From the NCBI GenBank assembly GCA_963702005.1, contig OY969696.1:1984001-2048000 (forward strand): 64,000 nucleotides of DNA. The letters are read 5' to 3'. The notes under the pieces were generated by a model. That model was not told where the DNA came from and searched no databases. It was given only the letters and a program-made list of their open reading frames with translations. The stretch is from Candidatus Aminicenantes bacterium. GTDB lineage: Bacteria > Acidobacteriota > Aminicenantia > Aminicenantales > JAFGBC01. The translations under genes and the position numbers were made by a program. Positions 47,730-59,354 of the stretch are shown in pieces (the stretch's first letter is position 1; each line of letters starts with the position of its first letter).

Positions 47730-49709
47730 ATGAATATACGATGTTCGAAATGCGACTACGATAACCCTCCCGACACCCGTTTCTGCGGCGGCTGCGGGAC
47801 GAAGCTCGCCCGGCCGTCCTCGCCGCCTCCGGAGCCGATCCAAACCCAGACCCTGACCCTTCCGACGGGCCTCCAGGAGCTCCAGCTCGGAAGCCTGTTC
47901 GCCGGCCGCTACCTCGTCCTCGAGTCTCTGGGGCGGGGCGGCATGGGGCGGGTTTATCGCGTTCTGGACAAGAAGCTCGACGTCGAGGTCGCCCTCAAGC
48001 TCCTGCGGCCGGAGATCGCCGCCGACGAAGGGATCATCGAGCGCTTCAAGAACGAGCTCAAGCTGGCCCGGATGATCTCCCATCCCCATGTCTGCCGGAT
48101 GTACGACCTGAGCGAGGACCAGGGGACGCATTTCATCACCATGGAATACGTCCAGGGCGAGGACCTCAAAGCGACGGTCCGCCGGGTCGGCCCGCTGAGC
48201 CTGGGCAAAGCCCTGACCATCGCCAAACAGGTCTGCGAGGGGCTGGCGGCCGCCCACCGGCTGGACATCGTCCACCGCGACCTCAAGCCCCAGAATATCA
48301 TGCTCGACCGCACCGGCCAGGTTCGGATCATGGATTTCGGGATCTCGAGGTCGCTCCGGGCCAAGGGGGTAACGGCCGACGGGATGATGATCGGGACGCC
48401 CGAATACATCTCCCCGGAGCAGGCCGAAGGGAAAAAAATCGACGTCCGCACCGACATCTACGCCTTCGGCGCCATCCTGTTCGAAATGGTGACGGGGCAA
48501 GTCCCCTTCGACGGGGACACGACTCTCAGCATCATCCTCAAGCATAAGCTCGAGCCTCCTCCCGATCCCAGGAAGCTCAACCCCCGCTTGCCCAGGGAGG
48601 TCGGACAGGTCATCCTGAAATGCCTGGAGAAAGATCGGGAGCGGCGCTATCCGTCGGCCGACGCGCTTTACGCGGACCTGGTTCGTGCCGAAAGCCAACT
48701 CGAAGGGAAGGCCCCCGCGAAACCGGGCCGGACGGAGGGGAGCCGGAAACGGATTCCGGTTCCCGCCTTGATCCTGGGCGCCGCGGCCGTCATAATCGCC
48801 GGATTTTTTCTCATCAAGCCCTTCGGTCCGAAAAAGCCCGCGACCCAAGCCGCCGACGTCCGGCGACAGTCCCATGTCTCGGATCAGGCCACCGCTCCCG
48901 CCGTCCCGGTCTCCAAGCCGGCCGAGAAGTCCGAGGCCAGGGCTATACCCTCGCCTGAGCCCCCGCCCGCGCTCGGCACGGCGCCGGCGGCCGGCACCCT
49001 CGAGATCACCACGGTTCCGGCGGGCATCGGCGTTTTCTTGAATGGAAAGCTCGAAGGTCCGTCCCCTCTCAAGCGGAGCCTCGCGCCGGGGACATATGAG
49101 GTCCGGATCAAAAAACCGTCCGAATACAGGGAAGTCGTCGACAAAGTGACCGTCCGGGCCGGCGAATCCCTGCCCAAGCATTACATCCTTTCCCCCGTCT
49201 ACATCCTCGAAGTCCGGACCGACCCCCCCGGCGCCGATCTCCGTGTCGACGGAGTCCTGATGGGCAAGACGCCCGTCGAAGTCGACCTGCCCAGGAGCGC
49301 TATTCAATTCGGGCTCAAGCTCGGGAATGAATGGATCCCGGTCAGCGAGGCCCTCAAGATGCGGCCCGGCCGGAACCGCGTCGAGCGCGTCCTCCAACGG
49401 GTCCCGCAAACCGAGGCGGTCCCGGCGCCGTCCACGGCGCCGGTCAAGCCCCAGCCGGGCAAGGTCCGCATCAACGTCCTTCCTTACGCCGAAGTCTTTA
49501 TCGACGGCAAGTCGATCGGCGAGATCCCGCCCGTCAAGACTCTCGAACTCGCCGAGGGAACCTATGCCCTCAAGTTCGATTCCCCGCGGCTCAAAAAAAG
49601 CCTGACCATGAACTTGCCCGTCAAGCTGAACGATCGGATCGAGGTCCGAGTCAACATGGTTTCGGGAGATATGAAGGTCCTTCCCTGGAAAGAGGGAGCC
49701 GAGCCTTAA
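47730..49709 (+). CDS. Membrane Ser/Thr protein kinase with N-terminal zinc ribbon and C-terminal PEGA domains
   Basis: CSKC..CGGC, LGRGGMGRVY, VALK, HRDLKPQN, DFG, GTPEYISPEQ, TM helix, about 3 PEGA-like repeats. Confidence 0.93.
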   Translation: MNIRCSKCDYDNPPDTRFCGGCGTKLARPSSPPPEPIQTQTLTLPTGLQELQLGSLFAGRYLVLESLGRGGMGRVYRVLDKKLDVEVALKLLRPEIAADEGIIERFKNELKLARMISHPHVCRMYDLSEDQGTHFITMEYVQGEDLKATVRRVGPLSLGKALTIAKQVCEGLAAAHRLDIVHRDLKPQNIMLDRTGQVRIMDFGISRSLRAKGVTADGMMIGTPEYISPEQAEGKKIDVRTDIYAFGAILFEMVTGQVPFDGDTTLSIILKHKLEPPPDPRKLNPRLPREVGQVILKCLEKDRERRYPSADALYADLVRAESQLEGKAPAKPGRTEGSRKRIPVPALILGAAAVIIAGFFLIKPFGPKKPATQAADVRRQSHVSDQATAPAVPVSKPAEKSEARAIPSPEPPPALGTAPAAGTLEITTVPAGIGVFLNGKLEGPSPLKRSLAPGTYEVRIKKPSEYREVVDKVTVRAGESLPKHYILSPVYILEVRTDPPGADLRVDGVLMGKTPVEVDLPRSAIQFGLKLGNEWIPVSEALKMRPGRNRVERVLQRVPQTEAVPAPSTAPVKPQPGKVRINVLPYAEVFIDGKSIGEIPPVKTLELAEGTYALKFDSPRLKKSLTMNLPVKLNDRIEVRVNMVSGDMKVLPWKEGAEP

Positions 49710-49733
49710 CCGCCGGTATCAGGAGGGGATGAG

Positions 49734-51521
49734 ATGATCGTCCGTTTCCGGAGAGCGGAATTCGGGGCCTGCCTTGCGCTGGGGCTCGTGGTCTTCTGGT
49801 GCGTCGCCGACGCCTTTCCCCGGGGAGGGCCGTCCGATCCGCAGGAGTCCCTGCTGTGGATCCAGGAGGGGAAGAGGCTCTACGAGAGCGGAGAGTACGA
49901 AGAAGCCGTCCTGAAACTCCTCGAAGGACTAAAGAAGGCCAAGGTTAAGGCCGAGGCGGCTGACGCCCGTTTCTACCTGTCATTGTCATACTACGCGCTG
50001 GGGCGAACCGACGACTGCCGGGACCAGCTCAATCAGCTTTTCGAGATCCAACCCCAGAGAGCGATCGATGAGCAGCTCTACGCCTCCGGCTATGTCGAGC
50101 TCTATAAAAAGGCCAGGGATGAGAAATTGCGCGGACAGCCGGCGGCGCCCGGCGCGCCCCGGGTCGCCGCCAAGGAAGCGCCCGTTAAGGCCGTCGGCCG
50201 GAAGAAGTTCCCCTGGCTTATCGTCGCCGGCGGCGCCGCGGCCGTCGGGGTCGCGGCCGTTTTCCTCCTGGGAAAAAAGACGTCTTCTCCGGCCTTGCCC
50301 CAAACCGGCTCGATCGCCATCGTCTCCACCCCCAAGAACGCCAAGGTCTTTTTGGACAACGCGGACACCGGCCAGCGATCGGACTGCACACTGACCAGCG
50401 TCAGCACCGGCAGTCATCCCCTGAGACTCGACCTGGAGGACTACGGGAGGTGGGAGGGGAGCGTCACGGTCGTAGGCGGCCAGACGGCCCAAGTCAACGT
50501 CGTGCTGGGTCCGTTCATCTATGACTTCGTCAAGGGTTGGGGCGGGGCGGGCTCGGGGAATGGCCAGTTCCAAGCGCCGATCGGGATCTGTGTCCAATCC
50601 AGCGGAGAGGTTCTTGTCTCCGATACCGAAAACAATCGCGTCCAGAGGTTCACGGCCGATGGTTCCTACCAGGCCAAATGGGGAAGCAAGGGCACGGCCA
50701 ACGGCGAGCTCAATTTTCCGCGGGGAGTCGCGGTCGACTCGTCCGGATCTATCTACGTCGTCGATTCCGAGAACGGCCGCGTCCAGAAGTTCAACGCAAA
50801 CGGCGGTTACCTCGCGAAGTGGGGGGACCAGGGAACCGGGTCCGGCCAGTTCCAGTATCCGGTGGGCATCGCGATCGACAACTCGGGAAGGGTCTATATC
50901 GCCGATAGCCTCAATAACCGCGTCCAGGTCTTCCGGACCGACGGGTCCTTCGTTGCTTCCTGGGGGAGCCAAGGGAGCGGGGACGGCCAGTTCTACCATC
51001 CCAAGGGTGTCGCCGTCGATAAGGACGGATACATCTATGTCAGCGACGCTTACAACAATCGCGTCCAGAAATTCAACTCGTCCGGGGCGTTCCAGCTCAA
51101 GTGGGGTGTCGGGGGCGGGGGAGACGGCCAGTTCAACGAACCCTGGGGCATCGCGACCGACCGCTATGGATACGTCTTCGTCGCCGACACCAACAACCAT
51201 CGGATTCAGAAGTTCACCCCGGCCGGGGCTTTCGTCATACGCTGGGGTCAGCAGGGCGTCGAGATGCGTACCTTCAACCAGCCCAAGGGCATCGTCTGCG
51301 ATGGCTCGGACAACGTTTACGTCCTCGACACCGGGAACGCCCGCGTCCAGAAGTACAAGATTTCGGTCCAGGTGACGGGAGGGTCGGCCTCCATCCAAAA
51401 CGCGGGGCCGCTGCCGCCGCCGTCCGCGCTTCGGCCGGGCGGTCCGGGCAGGCTGAATCCCGGACGGCCGAGCGCCGTTCCCAGGCTTCCTTCGGGGAAG
51501 CGCAACAAGATCCGAGATTGA
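49734..51521 (+). CDS. TPR - hydrophobic segment - PEGA - six NHL repeat protein
   Basis: Signal-like N-terminus, TPR, KKFPWLIVAGG segment, I.STP..AKVFLD, 6x G.F..P.GIAVD..G.IYV.D..N.RVQKF. Confidence 0.88.
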   Translation: MIVRFRRAEFGACLALGLVVFWCVADAFPRGGPSDPQESLLWIQEGKRLYESGEYEEAVLKLLEGLKKAKVKAEAADARFYLSLSYYALGRTDDCRDQLNQLFEIQPQRAIDEQLYASGYVELYKKARDEKLRGQPAAPGAPRVAAKEAPVKAVGRKKFPWLIVAGGAAAVGVAAVFLLGKKTSSPALPQTGSIAIVSTPKNAKVFLDNADTGQRSDCTLTSVSTGSHPLRLDLEDYGRWEGSVTVVGGQTAQVNVVLGPFIYDFVKGWGGAGSGNGQFQAPIGICVQSSGEVLVSDTENNRVQRFTADGSYQAKWGSKGTANGELNFPRGVAVDSSGSIYVVDSENGRVQKFNANGGYLAKWGDQGTGSGQFQYPVGIAIDNSGRVYIADSLNNRVQVFRTDGSFVASWGSQGSGDGQFYHPKGVAVDKDGYIYVSDAYNNRVQKFNSSGAFQLKWGVGGGGDGQFNEPWGIATDRYGYVFVADTNNHRIQKFTPAGAFVIRWGQQGVEMRTFNQPKGIVCDGSDNVYVLDTGNARVQKYKISVQVTGGSASIQNAGPLPPPSALRPGGPGRLNPGRPSAVPRLPSGKRNKIRD

Positions 51522-51543
51522 AATCCGGACGAGGAGGTCCCTT

Positions 51544-52794
51544 ATGATGCGCTCGCTGACGCTCGAAGGCGCTCGGCTGCGCCGCTTCTGGAGTTTTTTC
51601 GCCGGCGCCGGAATGATGACGGCGTCCTGGATGACCATCCGCCACTTTTTCAACGCCAATTTTCCCGAGTCCATCTTCAAGGGCGCCTTCTGCGACATTT
51701 CGACCTTCTTCAACTGCGACAGCTCGGCCTATTCGTCGATCGCCCAAGTCCGGGGCGTCCCCTTGGGCTATTTCGGGCTCATCAGCGGAGCCCTGGTCGT
51801 CATCGGCGCCCTGTTCCCCTCCCGGGCTTTCGAGCGGACGAACAAGTCGCTGGCCCTGGCCAACGCGCTCGGCGTCGTCGGCTTGTTCTCTTATTCCGTG
51901 TTTGTTCTCAAGAGCCTCTGCCTCCTCTGCAGCGGCTATTACCTTTTCTCGCTCCTGAGCTTCGGCCTGTTCTGGAAGTACGGACAGCGGGACGATCATG
52001 AATCGCAGATCCGGTCGTTCTTCGGGTTCTCCTTCAAGCACGCGCTCGTTTTCGGCCTGATCCTCCTGGCCGGCGCCTACGGCTTCCGGCAGTACACGGC
52101 GGTCCGGAAGGACGCCCAGTTGGGCGGGATCGCGACCCGCGTCGTCAAGCAATATTACGGGCTGGCCCAGGTTGCGAACCCGAGCCTCGTCTCGCCGTTC
52201 TGGACGGCCCGGGCGACCGAGCGCTTCGAGGACGCGCCGATCCGGGTCGTCGAGTACGCCGATTTCCGCTGTTCCGACTGCCTGTTCCTCTACCAACAGC
52301 TCAAGCGCCTCAAGCGGGAATACAAGGGGAAGATCAACATCGCCTTCCAGTTCTTCCCCCTCGAGGCCAAGTGCAATACGGTCGTCGACAAGAATCTGCA
52401 TCCCGGCGCCTGCGACCTGTCCTTCATGGCGGCGGCCGATCCGTCCAAGTTTGAGGCCATCCATGATGAGATCTTCGAGAATTTCCAGAAGGCCAAGACG
52501 CCCGAATGGCGTGCGGCGTTGGCGAAGAAGTACGGCGTCGGGGCGGCCCTGACCGACCCGGCCGTCCAGGACCTGGTCCGCCGCATCATTGAGACGGGCG
52601 CCGAGTACGAGAAGACCTCGGACAAATACGCCCACGGGATTCGCTCGACTCCAACCCTGATCATCAACAACCGGATGATCATCGGAACGCTGCCCTACGC
52701 CCATCTCAAAGCCATCTTCAAGTCCCTCCTCAGCGAAGGCGGAAAGCCGGGCGAGCAGAAATTCATCGAGAACTGGGTCGACCTCAAGAAATAA
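51544..52794 (+). CDS. VKOR-DsbA/thioredoxin fusion
   Basis: CDISTFFNC and CLLC in a multi-TM domain; EYADFRCSDC, FFPL and STPT in the thioredoxin domain. Confidence 0.85.
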   Translation: MMRSLTLEGARLRRFWSFFAGAGMMTASWMTIRHFFNANFPESIFKGAFCDISTFFNCDSSAYSSIAQVRGVPLGYFGLISGALVVIGALFPSRAFERTNKSLALANALGVVGLFSYSVFVLKSLCLLCSGYYLFSLLSFGLFWKYGQRDDHESQIRSFFGFSFKHALVFGLILLAGAYGFRQYTAVRKDAQLGGIATRVVKQYYGLAQVANPSLVSPFWTARATERFEDAPIRVVEYADFRCSDCLFLYQQLKRLKREYKGKINIAFQFFPLEAKCNTVVDKNLHPGACDLSFMAAADPSKFEAIHDEIFENFQKAKTPEWRAALAKKYGVGAALTDPAVQDLVRRIIETGAEYEKTSDKYAHGIRSTPTLIINNRMIIGTLPYAHLKAIFKSLLSEGGKPGEQKFIENWVDLKK

Positions 52795-52828
52795 TCAACG
52801 CTCCCCTGGCCTTCCTGAACCGGATTCC

Positions 52829-52857
52829 TTGACAAATTCCGCGTCAAAATTTATTCT
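52829..52857 (+). promoter_or_regulatory. Candidate sigma70 promoter TTGACA-N17-TATTCT
   Basis: Upstream of ATG 52873; argues against the TTG start at 52829. Confidence 0.5.
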
Positions 52858-52872
52858 GATTCAGTACCGTTC

Positions 52873-53821
52873 AATGGGGAAATCGATACAAAAGGCTCTC
52901 TGCTCACAAGCGATAGCCGCAGCGTCGCTTGTGAGCTTCCTTTGGTTCGGTTTCGCCTTTACCGGTCCTCCAAGCGCTCGGAAGGCCCGCGGAGCGGCCG
53001 CTAAATTCCAAACAACGCAAAATCCCAAGGGCGTTGATCTCGACGTTCTTCTCGGGAAAACGGCCGACTATTGCCGGAAGCTCGAGATGTCCATTTTGTA
53101 TTTCGTCTGCCTCGAGGAGATCCAGGAGACGATCGACCCGACCCTTGACGTTTTGAAGGCGAACTATTTTTTTGGCGCAAATGATTGGCGCTGGGCCCTG
53201 GGCGATTGGGTTACAGCCTCCCGACAGCCGAAAAAGATCAAGAACTCCTATTTATACGACTATCAATGCGTCCGCTCAGGCCAGGCTATCCGCGAGACGC
53301 GGACCCTTCTCAAAGAGAACGGGAAAAAGATGAACGTCCCGAACGCGGCCCTCAAGACATCCATCGTCGTCTACGGCACGGTTTTGATGGGGCCGGTGGG
53401 GCTGCTGGGGGAACGTTTCCAGCCCCATTATGATTTCTCCGTCATCGGCCAGGACAAGATCGGGAAGCGTCCGGTCGTCGTCGTTGACGCCAAGCCCAAG
53501 CCGGACGCGCCGGAAACCACGAACCTATACGGAAAGGCCTGGATCGACCCGGCCACGGCCGATATCCTCAAAATCGAATGGAGCGAGAGCCGGGTCGGCC
53601 GCCGCGAAATATTCGATCAACGGGGAGAACGCTACAAGCGGAAGCCTCGCCTGACGATTCTCTCCGAATTCCGCACCGAGAAGAACGGCATCCGTTTTCC
53701 CACGAGCCTATTCATCGAGGAAGCCTATCTCAACGAAAAAGGCAAGGCCTTTGTCCGGTCCAAGACGGAGGTCGTCTACAAGGATTTCAGGTTCTTCACG
53801 GTCGAAGTGGAATATCGATAG
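52873..53821 (+). CDS. Exported/membrane-anchored hypothetical protein
   Basis: N-terminal hydrophobic helix; YC..L, F.C.E.I.E, GKAWID, NGIRFP, Y.DFRFFTV; coding-like bias. Confidence 0.7.
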
Positions 53822-53845
53822 AAGCAGCCGGGATCAAGAGGGGAG

Positions 53846-53919
53846 TGGCTGGGAAGCAAGGATTCGAACCTTGATCGCATGATCCAGAGTCATGAGTCCT
53901 ACCATTGGACGACTTCCCA
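53846..53919 (-). tRNA. tRNA-Gln (CTG)
   Basis: TGGGAAGTCGTCCAATGGTAGGACTCATGACTCTGGATCATGCGATCAAGGTTCGAATCCTTGCTTCCCAGCCA folds as a cloverleaf with anticodon CTG and encoded CCA. Confidence 0.96.
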
Positions 53920-53967
53920 GCACGGGCCGTTATCATACAAAAAAAGCCGCCGCTTTTCAAGCCAGCC

Positions 53968-54018
53968 GGGGTCAAACCTACACTTTGTCACAAAGTGTAA
54001 AAGTGTAGGTTTGACCCC
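53968..54018. repeat. Palindrome with 19-bp arms and nested alternative hairpin (REP-like)
   Basis: ggggtcaaacctacacttt ... aaagtgtaggtttgacccc; inner tacactttg-tca-caaagtgta. Confidence 0.9.
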
Positions 54019-54079
54019 CAATCTTTTCCTCATGTCCCCACAATTCCGGGCACATGTCTTCAAGTCGCGGCCGGCCTGT

Positions 54080-54108
54080 TTGACACTCGGAGGGCGGGGT
54101 GATAATAT
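54080..54108 (+). promoter_or_regulatory. Candidate sigma70 promoter TTGACA-N17-TAATAT with extended -10 TG
   Basis: 20 bp upstream of ATG 54128. Confidence 0.55.
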
Positions 54109-54127
54109 GGCTGACTCGTAAATCCCG

Positions 54128-55159
54128 ATGGCCAAAAAGCACTGGGTCCGGTTCGGCATCATCTTCTTCCTGACCGTCGTCTTCCTGTTCTTCTTCTTCC
54201 GGAGCGTCAAGTGGGGGGAGGTCCTGCGCTACATCACGGACATCAACGTCCCGTTCTTCGTCTTGTCGATCGTCCTCGTCCCCGTTCACCTCTTCACCCG
54301 GGGCTACCGCTGGAAGTACCTCCTCATCCACGAGAAGCCGAACGTCCGCGTCTACAACCTGTTCGCCGCTAACGCCGTCGGCTTCACCGTCAACCTCATC
54401 TTTCCGGGCCGGCTGGGTGAGCTCGTCAAGCCGCTCTACCTGGCCAAGAAGGAGAACCTTCGCAAGGGATTCTGCCTGGGAACGGTGGTCGTCGAGCGGA
54501 CTTTCGACATCTTCACCATGTGCGCCCTGCTCGGCGCCTTCATGCTGGCCCGCCCCCTGTTCGTCAAGATCCTAGCCGTGGACAGGGAGGCGGCCTCCCA
54601 CCTGACCCTGTGGGGCGTCATCGGGGTCGCCTTCGCCACAGTCCTCCTCCTCCTGACCCTGTCCCTCTATTTTTTCAAGGATCGGACCCTCCGCGTCATC
54701 ACGGCAGTCCTCCGGCCCCTGCCCGAGCACTGGTCGAGCAAGGTCCTCGAGCTCATTGGGGAATTCATCGAAGGCCTGAGTTTCTTCCGTTCCCCGGGCA
54801 GTATGCTCATGTACGGCCTGATGTCCTTCGCCGTCTGGCTGGGCATCATCTTCTACTACTGGATCTTCTTCCTGGCCTATAAGCAGCACGTTCCCTATTT
54901 CTTCCTGATCCCCTACTGCTTCCTGGTCATGGTCGGGGCCTCGATCCCGACCCCGGGCATGGCGGGAGGATACGACTGGTTCAGCAAGCTCGGGATGATC
55001 TCCATCCTTCGGATCAACCCCAACTTGGCCGTGGCCATGACCTCCGTCGTCCACGTGATCCAGCTCGTGGTGACATGCCTGGTCGGCTATGCTATATTAT
55101 GGAGCGAAGGTTTATCCCTCTTTCAGCTCAAGCGACTGGGAGAGAGTGAATCCCCATGA
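54128..55159 (+). CDS. Lysylphosphatidylglycerol synthase TM-region / flippase-like membrane protein
   Basis: [24 protein letters not shown]; multiple TM helices. Confidence 0.88.
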   Translation: MAKKHWVRFGIIFFLTVVFLFFFFRSVKWGEVLRYITDINVPFFVLSIVLVPVHLFTRGYRWKYLLIHEKPNVRVYNLFAANAVGFTVNLIFPGRLGELVKPLYLAKKENLRKGFCLGTVVVERTFDIFTMCALLGAFMLARPLFVKILAVDREAASHLTLWGVIGVAFATVLLLLTLSLYFFKDRTLRVITAVLRPLPEHWSSKVLELIGEFIEGLSFFRSPGSMLMYGLMSFAVWLGIIFYYWIFFLAYKQHVPYFFLIPYCFLVMVGASIPTPGMAGGYDWFSKLGMISILRINPNLAVAMTSVVHVIQLVVTCLVGYAILWSEGLSLFQLKRLGESESP

Positions 55160-55611
55160 GGTGCCCATTCTGCGGTTTCCTGGAGAGCAAGGTCATCGAT
55201 TCCCGGGAAAGCAAAAAGGGTTTGTCCGTCCGGCGGCGCCGGGAGTGCCTCTCCTGTCAGCGCCGGTTCACGACCTACGAAAAGATCGAAGAGCTTCCTT
55301 ATATGGTCGTCAAGAAGGACGGCAGCCGTCAGCCCTTCGACAGCCAGAAGCTCCTCAAGGGGATGATGAAAGCCTGCGAAAAGCGGCCCATCCCGATCTC
55401 CCGCCTGGAGGAAATCGTGGAGGAGCTGGAGACCAAGCTCCAGGAGCGGCCCGAGAAAGAGATGACGGCCTCCGACATCGGCCAGTACGTCATGGAGCGG
55501 CTCAAGTCCCTGGACAAGGTCGCCTACGTCCGGTTCGCCTCGGTCTACCGGGAGTTCAAGGACGTCATGGAGTTCAAGCAGGAACTGGAGCATCTCCTGA
55601 AGGAACGCTGA
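55156..55611 (+). CDS. nrdR: Transcriptional repressor NrdR
   Basis: [29 protein letters not shown]-cone [19 protein letters not shown]. Confidence 0.97.
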   Translation: MRCPFCGFLESKVIDSRESKKGLSVRRRRECLSCQRRFTTYEKIEELPYMVVKKDGSRQPFDSQKLLKGMMKACEKRPIPISRLEEIVEELETKLQERPEKEMTASDIGQYVMERLKSLDKVAYVRFASVYREFKDVMEFKQELEHLLKER

Positions 55612-55630
55612 CCGCCGCCGGAGAGGGCCC

Positions 55631-56071
55631 ATGGTCAGGAGAATCAAGCCGGTCTCCCGAGCCCTCAGGGCAGAGACCCGCGTCCGCCGCCGAGGGGCGG
55701 AGTCCCAAGCCGGCGAGGGGGAAGTCCTGCGGCTGTTCGAGGCCTGGGGCCCCAACCTGGACATCAGCGGGACGGAGGATGAGGTTGTCGTCAAGACCGA
55801 ACTCCCCGGGGTCCCCGGGCGGGACGTCGAGGTCATCCTGCGCGGGAACCGCCTCGAGATCCGGGGCGTCAAGCGGGAAACGGCCCTGCCGGCCGGCGCC
55901 CGCTTCCTCCGCCTGGAGCGGGCCTACGGACGTTTCCGGCGGGTCGTCGTCCTTCCGGCGGCCGTCGTCCCCGAGCGGGCCAGGGCCTGTCTCGAAAACG
56001 GAGTCCTGACCGTCCGCCTGCGGAGGCGGAAGGCCGGAGAATCCGGCCGCGGGCCGCGCCGGCCGGGCTGA
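55631..56071 (+). CDS. Hsp20/alpha-crystallin family protein
   Basis: P.LDI.....EVVV..ELPGV, ER.YGRFRR...LP, A.LENGVL.V. Confidence 0.85.
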   Translation: MVRRIKPVSRALRAETRVRRRGAESQAGEGEVLRLFEAWGPNLDISGTEDEVVVKTELPGVPGRDVEVILRGNRLEIRGVKRETALPAGARFLRLERAYGRFRRVVVLPAAVVPERARACLENGVLTVRLRRRKAGESGRGPRRPG

Positions 56072-56091
56072 GAACAAACGCCAAGAGGTTT

Positions 56092-58511
<2,420 letters not shown>

Positions 58512-58515
<4 letters not shown>

Positions 58516-59354
58516 GGCAGGGTTCCCTCGAAGACGATTTCGGCCGGGCCGGTCTGGAGGACCTGGTCTTCGGTCCATTCCACGATGAGCTGACCCAGGA
58601 TCGTCCGGACCGCGATCTTCCGGTCCGTTAAGCCCCTGAGCATCGAGGCGACGGCGGCCGCGCAGGCCCCGGTCCCCGAGGCCATGGTTTCCCCGACGCC
58701 GCGCTCCCAGAACAGGACCTCGATCTCGCTCCGGTTCAGGACATGGATGAATTCGATGTTGGTCCGTTTGGGGAAGAAGGGATGGGACTCGATTTCGCTC
58801 CCGATCTGGTGCCATTCGATCCGGTTCGGGTAGCGGTCGACGAACAGGGCGCAGTGGGGGTTCCCCATCGAGAGCACCGTGACCGGATAGGCTTTTTGGC
58901 CGATCGTTAAGGGGTAGTCGACGATCCGTTCGTGGACGGCGCCGTCGTCGAAAGGAATATCGGACGACGCGAAACGGGGCCGGCCCATCTCGGTCCGGAC
59001 TTCATAGTATGTTCCCTCGGACCTGATGAGCTCGCAAGTCCGATCCCCGGCCGTAGTCAGGAACCGGATCCGGGGCGGCGCGATCGTCCCGGCCCGGAAT
59101 AAGGAGGCTGCCGCGCAGCGCAGCCCGTTTCCCGAGATCTCGGCTTCGGTCCCGTTGGCGTTGAAGATCCGGAACCGGACTCGTCCGGCCGCCGCGTCCT
59201 CGACATCGATCAGGAGGAGGCCGTCGGCCCCGACGCCCGTATGGCGGTCGCAGACCTTCTGCACGAAGTCCCCGATCGATCCCTCGGCGGGCCGATTCCG
59301 CTGATCGAAGACGACGAAGTCGTTGCCGAGGCCGTGGAGCTTGCTGAATTTCAT
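58512..59354 (-). CDS. dapF: Diaminopimelate epimerase-like protein with Ser-Ser active site
   Basis: FSKLHGLGNDF, GVGADG, NANG.EAEISGNG.RC, MGNPH, FP.RTN.EF, ERGVGET.ASGTG. Confidence 0.88.

Noticed and set aside
40292-52794. Selenocysteine/stop-codon readthrough in redox proteins
   Set aside because: Cys motifs in the Fe-S, VKOR and DsbA domains are ordinary codons within open frames. No in-frame TGA at a catalytic position was noticed.
53846-53919. tRNA-Gln as an island integration site
   Set aside because: No duplicated tRNA 3' end or integrase was seen in the window. The short gctgggaagc match near 18871 is inside a CDS and consistent with chance.
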